A stretch of DNA of 64,000 nt from a virus (lineage: Duplodnaviria > Caudoviricetes). Every line of letters starts with the position of its first letter. Positions within the stretch are counted from its first letter, which is position 1. Below, piece after piece: positions 55,902 to 64,000 of this stretch. Location: IMG/VR virus record IMGVR_UViG_3300009185_000001, positions 32,001 to 96,000 of that record; one strand, 5' to 3'. Below the pieces are notes generated by a model, which made no database searches, was not told where the DNA came from, and saw only the letters and a list, made by a program, of their open reading frames with translations. The translations under genes and the position numbers were made by a program.

Positions 55902-56300
55902 CTATTCATCAAATAGATTAATGATAGTTGGGGATGGTTTTTCCCCTGATGAAGGTTGCGGTGGGGGTTGTGACGGTGCAGTGAATACATTGTTCTTATT
56001 AAACATCTGATCATACTGTGATTTTAAACGATAATCAAATGCATCAACATTTGTTTCTGTAATACTTGCCTTTTTATAAAAGGCAAGAGAGTCACTAGCC
56101 TTGTCTCCCAAGAATTCTCTAAAAATAATTGGAAATAGCTTAACAGACATTCTACCCATTTGATCTTGTTGCTCAACGTGTAGAATAACTGGATTTTTAA
56201 CAGCCAGAATTTGTTCTGTGGTTTGTGTATCTTCTCGTTCTCCGATAACTGTTCTGCCAACGGTGTCGAGAATTGCGATGAATTTATTTTGTGTTTCCAT
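55902..56300 (-). CDS. Hypothetical protein (Sm-like beta pattern possible)
   Basis: 132 aa ORF upstream of uvsX. Confidence 0.6.
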   Translation of the reverse strand: METQNKFIAILDTVGRTVIGEREDTQTTEQILAVKNPVILHVEQQDQMGRMSVKLFPIIFREFLGDKASDSLAFYKKASITETNVDAFDYRLKSQYDQMFNKNNVFTAPSQPPPQPSSGEKPSPTIINLFDE

Positions 56301-56318
56301 GTTGTTATATATTTTATA

Positions 56319-57038
56319 TTAATTTTCGGTTTTGTCAACTGGAAGATTCCAACTAATAATTTTTTTAATGTGATTTAAAAAATCAGTTTGAGATAATTTG
56401 TTTTTCATCCAATTACAAGTTTTACAGCATGTACAAACATTATTTTTAGTATAACCTAATCTATTATCTATTCTATCCAATCCATTACGTTTCCAAATAT
56501 TTAAATTGCTAGATTTTGAATTATTACTTTCAATACTACCGCAATAAAAACATTTTTTTTCGCATAAAAAAACAAAATCACGAAAATTTAAAGAAAATTT
56601 TAAATTTCTATTTTTAGCATTTGATTTATACGAATTATACGTTTTAATTTTAGATGATTTTTTATCGGGATCACATCTACATCCTAAAAATTTTTTTCTC
56701 TTTAGTGCTGTTGCTCTGATTTTATATTCTTTTTTGCAATCTATACATTCACATAAATACAAATGACCCTGTTTACCATTACTTTTTGAATTTTTTTCTA
56801 AAAGTTTTAAAACTTTTAATTTTCCAAAAAAATTATCAGTTAAATCATTCCAAAAATCTTTTTTACAACCACAAGATATTTGTTTTTTTAAAAAATGACT
56901 TTGTATTATTGTTTCTTTACCACAATTACACAAACATCTAATATTAGAATGTTTTCCACTTTTATTAGAAGGTATTATCTCTAATACCGTTAAATTTTGA
57001 AATTTTTGATTTAAATGTATACTGCATCGTCTACCCAT
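56319..57038 (-). CDS. Free-standing HNH homing endonuclease
   Basis: Two CxCxCG-type N-terminal repeats; CFYCG...NGLDRIDNRLGYTKNNVCTCCKTCNWMK. Confidence 0.88.
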   Translation of the reverse strand: MGRRCSIHLNQKFQNLTVLEIIPSNKSGKHSNIRCLCNCGKETIIQSHFLKKQISCGCKKDFWNDLTDNFFGKLKVLKLLEKNSKSNGKQGHLYLCECIDCKKEYKIRATALKRKKFLGCRCDPDKKSSKIKTYNSYKSNAKNRNLKFSLNFRDFVFLCEKKCFYCGSIESNNSKSSNLNIWKRNGLDRIDNRLGYTKNNVCTCCKTCNWMKNKLSQTDFLNHIKKIISWNLPVDKTEN

Positions 57039-57076
57039 ATAAAATATTTATACTAAATGCTACAAATTACATACAT

Positions 57077-57742
57077 TTACATAAAATTTCCTTTAAATTC
57101 GTTAAAATTATTTAATGCACTTGTTGTATTTGGAAATATTTCTGAAATTATTTTTGATATTTCTAATGCAATTTCTCTATGTTCTAGTTGTGTATTTTCT
57201 TCCAACCTCACGTTGAAGTAAGAAATCCAGGAACGAAGATTTCCGGTCATATAAAGTGTAGTCTGAGTACAAAGAGGAAGCAACATTCTTGCACATTCTC
57301 TTGCTGCACCCTTTTCTAACAAATTTTCATATAAAGAAACTCCTTCTACAATGTGTGATTTCAGCCTTTCCAAGTCCTCTTCGGAAAGATCCAACATATC
57401 ACTACTGGATTGTCTATTTTTATCTGCTTGTTTTCTTATGTTAAAAGATTCTAATGACGTGATTGTGCTATATCTCTGACTAAATTCTTGAAAACAAAAG
57501 CTTCTATGCCGAAGAATCTGAGCAGCAATCGCTCTTGAGGTGACAATTTGGAACGTCAAAGAAACTTGTTCAAAAGGAGACCAATGTTTATGCTTAATTA
57601 AGTACTTCAACAATTTTGGAGCAGTTTCAGTATTCATTTGATTGCTAGGGTTAGAGACTCTAGCAATATAGCTGATTAAATCTTCAGCGGATAGTAATCC
57701 TTCGACTAGTGGTTGTGTTATGCTTATTAGTTGTACTTCCAT
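57077..57742 (-). CDS. thyX: FAD-dependent thymidylate synthase
   Basis: HWSPFE, QILRHRSFCFQEFSQRY, ARMLLP, GNLRSW, TQLEHR. Confidence 0.95.
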   Translation of the reverse strand: MEVQLISITQPLVEGLLSAEDLISYIARVSNPSNQMNTETAPKLLKYLIKHKHWSPFEQVSLTFQIVTSRAIAAQILRHRSFCFQEFSQRYSTITSLESFNIRKQADKNRQSSSDMLDLSEEDLERLKSHIVEGVSLYENLLEKGAARECARMLLPLCTQTTLYMTGNLRSWISYFNVRLEENTQLEHREIALEISKIISEIFPNTTSALNNFNEFKGNFM

Positions 57743-57751
57743 AAATAAAAT

Positions 57752-57825
57752 TATAAATTAATTTACAAATAAATCAAATAAATTTTTGTTATATAAATTA
57801 ATTGCCAAATAAATCAAATAAATTT
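57752..57825. repeat. 34-nt near-perfect direct repeat, 40-nt period
   Basis: tataaattaatt(ta/gc)caaataaatcaaataaattt at 57752-57785 and 57792-57825. Confidence 0.8.
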
Positions 57826-60374
57826 GTATGTGTTTCGAGTGTAATTTGAGGAAGATCCCATCCTATGCAATCATAAAGACGCTTTACGGGAGGGGTTACA
57901 CTCTTATCAAACATCTTTGAATGATTGATAGTAAAAATATGATTAAATTCTGTAGGAAACTCATCTAAGAATGCCATTGAAGTGAAATTAAAAGCATTTT
58001 TAGACGGATAAAACCATTTAATCTTTATTCCGCTACCAATGGCTTCGTATCTTCCCTCCAAATCAAAATGTTTTAACATATTATTAAAATATATAGCACC
58101 CTTCGCATGAACTGGTGTGCCTAATCCAATTTTTCCATCAGATGTTATCTTTTTTTTCTGTTTTTCTATATCAGATATTTTGCTTCTGAATGCAATGTCA
58201 GCTATAGGAAAATTACAGAATTGTTGATAGGCAGATTTTAAAATTTTATTAGAAGCTTCTTTGTCTTGTGATAAAATTGCAGATTCGATTACATTTTTAA
58301 TCAAATCCTTTGTTGCATCTGAAAAGGATGATCGAACAACTTCTACCCCAACATATTTAAACGGTTTTTTTGGGACAACCCCCTCCGATTCCAATACATG
58401 CATTATGTATCTTTTCTTTTCCATGAACACCGCCACATCACATATTGCTTCCTGCTTAAAAATAAATCTAGGATCTGTTGATTTTAGTTCAGACTTAGAC
58501 CATTCAATAATTCCCTTATTTAAATAATCCCCGATTTCATTAATAATAGAATATGATTCATCAGTAATTTTATTATTCGCTAACAATTCTACATTAAAAT
58601 GATCTAAGACAGGTTGAATAGAAAAATAACAACTGTCCGTATCTCCATATTTATAAATAGCAGATTTTTCACACTGAACATTCTTGCTTTTTACATATTC
58701 ATAGACAATTTCCGATGCTTGTTTAACCACTGCCTGACCTGTTAATGTAATGCTTGCTGCATGATCAATATCAAACAATGGAGAATACTTTTGACCAAAA
58801 ACTCCATAAATAGAATTCAAAATTAATTTATACACATTTTGTATGGTATCTAAATCCATGATCCTCTCTTCTATTTTAGATACTTCAGCAGGATCTTTGA
58901 TTTTTTTAGATTCTTTTGACAAAGAAATCATTTTATTTTTAGCATTTACACGTTCTTGATATAATCTATCGATAAATTTTGGAACAACACCCTTGAACTT
59001 TTGTGTATACAGAACATTATACTTCGATATAGAAATTTCTTCTTTCTTTAAAAGTTTTTGAAACTTCTCTTCTTCTAGAATAAAACTTTTTCCATTTGAA
59101 AGTTTTAAAGTATAGTTATTATTTTCTACATTTGTAATTCTTCCAATTTTAGTTTCTGGAGAAACGTTTAACGATATGATTGTATTTGGATATAGGCTGT
59201 TTGCGTCATAACTAACCACCGCTTTGCTCAATCCCCTTTCCGGATCGTGTACATAACCACCGACATATTCTGAAATCACATCTTCATTCTTAAATGTTGG
59301 TATGATCATATTATCTTTAGACGCCTGATTAGCTATTGCACCTGTAATAAGAGACACCTTTCCCATTGATTGTTCAAATTGGATGAATCCTTTATAAGAA
59401 ACATTTCTAATAAGGTTCAAATATTTTAATTTCTCATCTAATTTTACAAGAAGCCTTACGTCTTGAATGTTATAATCTACAAACTTGTCCCAATCCATAT
59501 CTGATAACGTGGAAAGATTAGTTGCTCCGATATTAACCTTTGTTTCGCCTAGCTCATACTGTCCGATATATCCAAGTGAATACGATTCCCTATCATTCCT
59601 AGAAAATGTTTTATATGCTTCCATATAATCGATACAACTCAATCCTCGTATATACCAACGATTGATTTGTTTTCCAAATTTATCAATTCCTACATTTTCT
59701 CTATAATAAATTTGATTTACCGGAGACATTTTAGCCGCTTCCTCGTCTCCTACAACATCGCTGAAGCGTCTCATGATATATGGAATATCGAATCCGCTAG
59801 AATTCCAACCTACTAGCATGTCTGGTGGTTCCTTTTCCCAAAAAGAAAGAAATTTTTGAATTAATTGTGATTCGCTAGCACAATAAAAGTATTTTACATT
59901 CGTATCTATTGGATTATATTTCTTCGTTCCCCAAGTATAGAATGTTTTGTCTAAAGAATTGTAAATTGTTATTAGATTGATGGGATCTGCTGCCTTTTCA
60001 GGAACAGGAAATGAACCTGTAGAATATGTTTCGATATCGAAGAAGTAAATCTTAAGAGGATTTTGACCAAATTCTGGTTTATCAATTTCATCCTTATAGG
60101 TACTCAATAAAAATTCTTGCTCACAACCAATATTATGAAACAATCTTTTAATAGGAGTTTCATTTACGTATTTGTTTCTCTCGAACTGATTCTTGAAGGT
60201 GAGCTTCTTTAAAGAAGTATTAAAAATAGATACCGCATCTGCACTTTGAGAAGATTCCACATAAAGATATGGTTCATAACTAGTCTCAATCTTAATTCTA
60301 TTGCCCAATTCATCCCATGTCCATAGGTGAATCAGCTGTTGTCTTCCATCATAAAAAATATTTCGCCATGCCAT
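57798..60374 (-). CDS. gp43: Family B DNA polymerase
   Basis: Exo FDIET, GWNSSGFD, YNIQD; Pol SYDANSLYP, KLILNSIYG, YGDTDS, KKRY. Confidence 0.97.
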   Translation of the reverse strand: MAWRNIFYDGRQQLIHLWTWDELGNRIKIETSYEPYLYVESSQSADAVSIFNTSLKKLTFKNQFERNKYVNETPIKRLFHNIGCEQEFLLSTYKDEIDKPEFGQNPLKIYFFDIETYSTGSFPVPEKAADPINLITIYNSLDKTFYTWGTKKYNPIDTNVKYFYCASESQLIQKFLSFWEKEPPDMLVGWNSSGFDIPYIMRRFSDVVGDEEAAKMSPVNQIYYRENVGIDKFGKQINRWYIRGLSCIDYMEAYKTFSRNDRESYSLGYIGQYELGETKVNIGATNLSTLSDMDWDKFVDYNIQDVRLLVKLDEKLKYLNLIRNVSYKGFIQFEQSMGKVSLITGAIANQASKDNMIIPTFKNEDVISEYVGGYVHDPERGLSKAVVSYDANSLYPNTIISLNVSPETKIGRITNVENNNYTLKLSNGKSFILEEEKFQKLLKKEEISISKYNVLYTQKFKGVVPKFIDRLYQERVNAKNKMISLSKESKKIKDPAEVSKIEERIMDLDTIQNVYKLILNSIYGVFGQKYSPLFDIDHAASITLTGQAVVKQASEIVYEYVKSKNVQCEKSAIYKYGDTDSCYFSIQPVLDHFNVELLANNKITDESYSIINEIGDYLNKGIIEWSKSELKSTDPRFIFKQEAICDVAVFMEKKRYIMHVLESEGVVPKKPFKYVGVEVVRSSFSDATKDLIKNVIESAILSQDKEASNKILKSAYQQFCNFPIADIAFRSKISDIEKQKKKITSDGKIGLGTPVHAKGAIYFNNMLKHFDLEGRYEAIGSGIKIKWFYPSKNAFNFTSMAFLDEFPTEFNHIFTINHSKMFDKSVTPPVKRLYDCIGWDLPQITLETHTNLFDLFGN

Positions 60375-60408
60375 GTTTCTAAGATATCATACTCCTAGAA
60401 ACATGGCA
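60369..60408 (-). promoter_or_regulatory. 13-bp inverted repeat covering gp43 promoter and start codon
   Basis: TGCCATGTTTCTA (60369-60381) / TAGAAACATGGCA (60396-60408); TTGCCA-17-TATCTT, 6 nt before ATG. Confidence 0.7.
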
Positions 60409-60414
60409 AGTATT

Positions 60415-61734
60415 TTATACCTTTTGATCAGGATTTAGTTTTATAAGAGTTGAAGACATTTCATTTCGTTCCTTGGAACCCCACGGAGTCGTATACAAGG
60501 CTTCATACTCGTCCAAATGGTCTTCTAGCCATAATTTATCGGTAAACTCTCTAGCCCTTTCGGAATATTTCATATATCTACCAACATCAGAGGTAATATG
60601 TTCCAGTTGAGAGATGAGATCCCTGCCATCATCAAATTTAAACGCTGCTTCTTCATAGGTACAAAGGTTTTGATACGTACCCGGAAGTCCCAAAGCACCA
60701 GATTCCACCATTTTAATGTTGCTCTTCGATTTATTAAAAACATTATCAACCAAAGGAGCAAAAGTTGCATTGCATCCCGCATCATACAAGGCTTTTGGAA
60801 GATCCAAAAGTGCAGACCAGTTAATAAACTCCATTTCACCATTATCAATGAATGGTTTTACTGCAAGTGGGTAACAACCCTTCCAAACAAACTTAAATTT
60901 CTTTCTAGCCTTGATAATTTCATCAACAACATGATGGAAATCATCTTTCATTCCAGTTCTATTCGTAGTGTCGATGTGTGTTCCAGAACCTGCATATAAA
61001 ATTCTAGGACGCTTTTTGTTTTTATCATATAGTTTTTCTATACGTTCCTTGTGATAAAATCTATCTAACCAAAATTTAGGAGCATAATTTGGAATAACCG
61101 TAATATTTTTATTACCAGTCTTATTAATATAATAATCCTTCATGTATTGACATGTTACGGTAATTTCATCCATCATTCCCATTATTTTAAGAATATTATC
61201 TACAATAGTTTGATCAGTAAATGCATCTTTACATCTGTTATAGTCTGGAATGTCATCTCTGAAGACGATATCATCGACTTCATATAGCAATCTGTATCCA
61301 AAATTTGATTGAGCCTTCTTTAACTCTCCGATAAATGCTGCTTGTGCTGGTGTAGCCTGTCTTTGCATTCTAATGGACTTTATATTTTGATAAAACCTAA
61401 GATCTAACACCATACTAGTCAATCCAGTAATAATTGCCTTGTTATAGCTATTCAAACAAAATTCCGGCCAAATCATTCTCCAGTTACCACACCCACCGTA
61501 GTCCGCATAGTAATTTATGCTCCTAGGCAATCCAGCTTCAGGCATTTCAACAGGAGCAGGAGCAGGTACTTTTACTGGTTTCAACTCAACATAGCTATAC
61601 TTGGGCATTCCAAGCGGAGAAGCATTGGGTAAATTTGGTATACCACCATTTACAAACGAATATTCATACACAATACTGTTTGAATTATCTACTGCTTTCT
61701 TATCCAAGGTTTCAGATCCTTTTATTTTTATCAT
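60415..61734 (-). CDS. GT-B fold glycosyltransferase
   Basis: GGCGNWRM, YEVDD, DEITVT, VIPNY, ILYAGS, APLVDNVFNKSKSNIKMVE. Confidence 0.85.
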   Translation of the reverse strand: MIKIKGSETLDKKAVDNSNSIVYEYSFVNGGIPNLPNASPLGMPKYSYVELKPVKVPAPAPVEMPEAGLPRSINYYADYGGCGNWRMIWPEFCLNSYNKAIITGLTSMVLDLRFYQNIKSIRMQRQATPAQAAFIGELKKAQSNFGYRLLYEVDDIVFRDDIPDYNRCKDAFTDQTIVDNILKIMGMMDEITVTCQYMKDYYINKTGNKNITVIPNYAPKFWLDRFYHKERIEKLYDKNKKRPRILYAGSGTHIDTTNRTGMKDDFHHVVDEIIKARKKFKFVWKGCYPLAVKPFIDNGEMEFINWSALLDLPKALYDAGCNATFAPLVDNVFNKSKSNIKMVESGALGLPGTYQNLCTYEEAAFKFDDGRDLISQLEHITSDVGRYMKYSERAREFTDKLWLEDHLDEYEALYTTPWGSKERNEMSSTLIKLNPDQKV

Positions 61735-61769
61735 AATATACTCTATACTAACATTGATTTACATATAAA

Positions 61770-63566
61770 TCAAGAAACTATAGTTGTTTTTCCATTTTTC
61801 TTCTGTAATTCAATAATATTACTAAAATTTGTGTTTATTGCAGCTTTATTGTGTGAAATTACGTAGATAGCTTCTTCAAATTTTTCTGATCTTTCCTTTA
61901 AAACATCAAAAACTTTTAATACTCCATTTTCATCTAAAGCAGAGTCAAATAACTCATCATACATGCTAATATTAAATGAAATGCCAGTCTGCATTCTTAA
62001 AATATCTTGAAACATGAATAATATTGCAATATCTATTCTTTTTCGTTCTCCTCCACTAAAATTAAAGTAAGAACACTCCTTTGAATTTGAATTATAGATT
62101 GTTTCTTCAAACATTTCATTAAAATAGCAAGTACAGGGAGCACCTAATGTTTTTAAATAATAATTTAACTGTGCATTCAAGACAGAAAGCATTTTTTTAA
62201 CAATAAAGGTTTTAACACCTTCTTCTGAAACAACAAATTTTGCGTTTTCTAGAATTAAAAGTTGTTTTTGAAGTTTTTGTAATTTTTCTTCAGTTTCTAC
62301 TATCTCTTTTTCAATTTTTTCTATAAAATCAAATACGCTATCCTTTGTATTCTTAATTTGTTCTATTTCACTCAATATTTCATCATTTCTAGTCTGCAAA
62401 TGACCTATTTCTTGTGAAGTCAACAGCAATTTTTGTATATCTTTATCTGTTAAGTCGATAAAATTCTTAGTTTCTCGAATTGCCGTTTTTATTTTGACTT
62501 TTTTTTCTGCTATTACGGAAATTTCTCCATTTGTATCTGATTGCAGAGTTAAATTATTTTTTAAATTTTCTTTTAATTGTTCTAAATCAACGCAGGAATC
62601 ATCAAAATCATATTTTCTTTTACACGTTGGACATATTCCAGTCTTTTCTTCGATAGATTTTATTTCATCCTTTGAATTTTTTACTTTAAAATCATTCGTC
62701 AACTGTTCTTTTAACTTTTCTTGTAATTTTGTTTCGGTTTTTTCTAAACCATCTTCTAATTTTATAAAAAATTCTTTTTTATTTTCAATTTCTTCTCTTT
62801 TTGTTTTAATTTCTTCTTCTATTGAGGAATTGTTTGAAAATATATTAATTTTTTCAGTATTGGATTGAATTTTTTCCAATAAATTTGTTATCTTATCTTC
62901 TTTTATTTTTTTATTTTTTTCTATTTGCTCTTGATATAGATTTAAATTTTTATTCTGTGTATTAAATGAAGATGCTAATATATCATTTTCTTTTTTGTAT
63001 TCATTGTAATGCGATCTAACTTTTAACAACATTTCACTGAAAATTCCCAAATTTAAAATACCTTCTACAAATTTTCGTTTGTCTATCTTTTTCTGAGCCA
63101 TAAATGGCATCGTATTGTTTGCAGTCATTATCACTGCATTCTGGAATACCTCTTCATTTGCTCCTATTAGCTCTTTAATGCGTTCATCGGTCTTGGGCAT
63201 TGTAGATAGCGTTACATCCTCATCATCTTTAAACAGAGAGACTTTATTAGGCTCTAACGAGCGAATAATTTTATAATTATTTGTAGTTTCTCCCTCTTTT
63301 AGGGAAAATGTCAAAGTAACTTCACAATCCTTTTTTGATTGATTGTGGATTATTTTGTCTTTTTTGATTTCTCTAGTCGTGGAACCAAATAGCACCCAAT
63401 ATATAGACTCTATAATAGAACTTTTTCCGACACCATTCCTACCAGAATTGTCGCAATTTGTCCCTGTTATAAGATTTGTTCCGTTTTTAAACTCTAAACA
63501 AACTTCTTGCTCTCCTATAGATAGAAAATTTTTTATAAAAATCTTCTCAAATAAAATTTTTTTCAC
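61770..63566 (-). CDS. gp46: Recombination endonuclease ATPase subunit (Rad50/SbcC-like)
   Basis: KNFLSIG, NGVGKSS, Zn hook CPTC, signature FSGGE, DELFD, VISH; GTG start. Confidence 0.93.
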   Translation of the reverse strand: MKKILFEKIFIKNFLSIGEQEVCLEFKNGTNLITGTNCDNSGRNGVGKSSIIESIYWVLFGSTTREIKKDKIIHNQSKKDCEVTLTFSLKEGETTNNYKIIRSLEPNKVSLFKDDEDVTLSTMPKTDERIKELIGANEEVFQNAVIMTANNTMPFMAQKKIDKRKFVEGILNLGIFSEMLLKVRSHYNEYKKENDILASSFNTQNKNLNLYQEQIEKNKKIKEDKITNLLEKIQSNTEKINIFSNNSSIEEEIKTKREEIENKKEFFIKLEDGLEKTETKLQEKLKEQLTNDFKVKNSKDEIKSIEEKTGICPTCKRKYDFDDSCVDLEQLKENLKNNLTLQSDTNGEISVIAEKKVKIKTAIRETKNFIDLTDKDIQKLLLTSQEIGHLQTRNDEILSEIEQIKNTKDSVFDFIEKIEKEIVETEEKLQKLQKQLLILENAKFVVSEEGVKTFIVKKMLSVLNAQLNYYLKTLGAPCTCYFNEMFEETIYNSNSKECSYFNFSGGERKRIDIAILFMFQDILRMQTGISFNISMYDELFDSALDENGVLKVFDVLKERSEKFEEAIYVISHNKAAINTNFSNIIELQKKNGKTTIVS

Positions 63567-63621
63567 TCTTTAAGAGTATATTGTTTTAAACATATTTCAA
63601 CTCAATATATTTAAAAAAGTA

Positions 63622-64000
63622 TTATTTTTTTACTATTATGAGATTTTCTAGGTTTATGAGCTTTTTTTCGTAATCATTCCAAAATTTTCGTATGATCTTT
63701 TCATAACTTTTGTCATGTTCGATGCACATACAACTAGGTTTTACTATATTTAAATCAACTTCAAGTGCTAATTCAGCCGAAAATCCCTCTACATCAATGG
63801 ATAAAAAATCTACAGTGCCTTCACGTTTTTTCACAAATTCTAATATTTCATTTATAGATATGCTACTAAGGAATATTTCTCTAGTTTTTTTATCAAATTC
63901 TTCGGGCGATTTGTGACATCTTTTAAGATTGTCTTTATTAGTAGAACTGAATGCTGAAAACGGAGAATCCCAAAACGATATCAATCCAGATTCTTTTGTT
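63622..64000 (-). CDS. FkbM-family methyltransferase, C-terminal part (truncated by window)
   Basis: VDFLSIDVEG...MCIEH...NLENLI. Confidence 0.75.
   Translation of the reverse strand, partial: TKESGLISFWDSPFSAFSSTNKDNLKRCHKSPEEFDKKTREIFLSSISINEILEFVKKREGTVDFLSIDVEGFSAELALEVDLNIVKPSCMCIEHDKSYEKIIRKFWNDYEKKLINLENLIIVKK

Noticed and set aside
1189-63916. Many other 60-125 aa overlapping ORFs in the track (e.g. 1189-1443, 2657-2959, 3684-3987, 19355-19681, 56024-56338, 62494-62868)
   Set aside because: Nested in or antisense to well-supported genes, with low-complexity F/L/I/S composition typical of AT-rich shadow frames
1-64000. Alternative genetic code (stop-codon reassignment)
   Set aside because: Core genes such as gp43, gp18, gp41 and nrdB are full length in the standard code, and TAA, TAG and TGA all end genes

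Overview
Fragment of a large, AT-rich, T4-like (contractile-tailed) bacteriophage genome read in the standard code, with no tRNA, rRNA or CRISPR seen. Layout: (1) ~1-19.9 kb, a mainly minus-strand accessory/early block of small ORFs, phosphoesterases, RNA ligase, a DNA methyltransferase and nrdA (intein-containing)/nrdB, interrupted by plus-strand TnpB and LAGLIDADG genes; (2) ~20-47.8 kb, mainly plus-strand morphogenesis genes (neck, sheath, tube, baseplate, tape measure, spike) and the large terminase; (3) ~47.8-64 kb, a minus-strand replication block (gp45, gp32, DHH, gp41, UvsX, HNH, ThyX, gp43, glycosyltransferase, gp46, FkbM). The most striking feature is a fractured terminase. Its Walker A motif is cut between RQSGK and TTT, the halves carry an atypically split intein (31 aa IntN, 119 aa IntC, Thr+1), and a free-standing zinc-finger/Vsr-like endonuclease gene separates them. 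Also notable: a solo TnpB with right-end hairpin behind a phage late-type promoter, a GH75-like hydrolase inserted in the gp5 OB-fold, promoter motifs sitting 5-7 nt from start codons (suggesting leaderless mRNAs), and a 13-bp inverted repeat covering the DNA polymerase start codon. All annotations come from motif recognition by eye; no searches were run.
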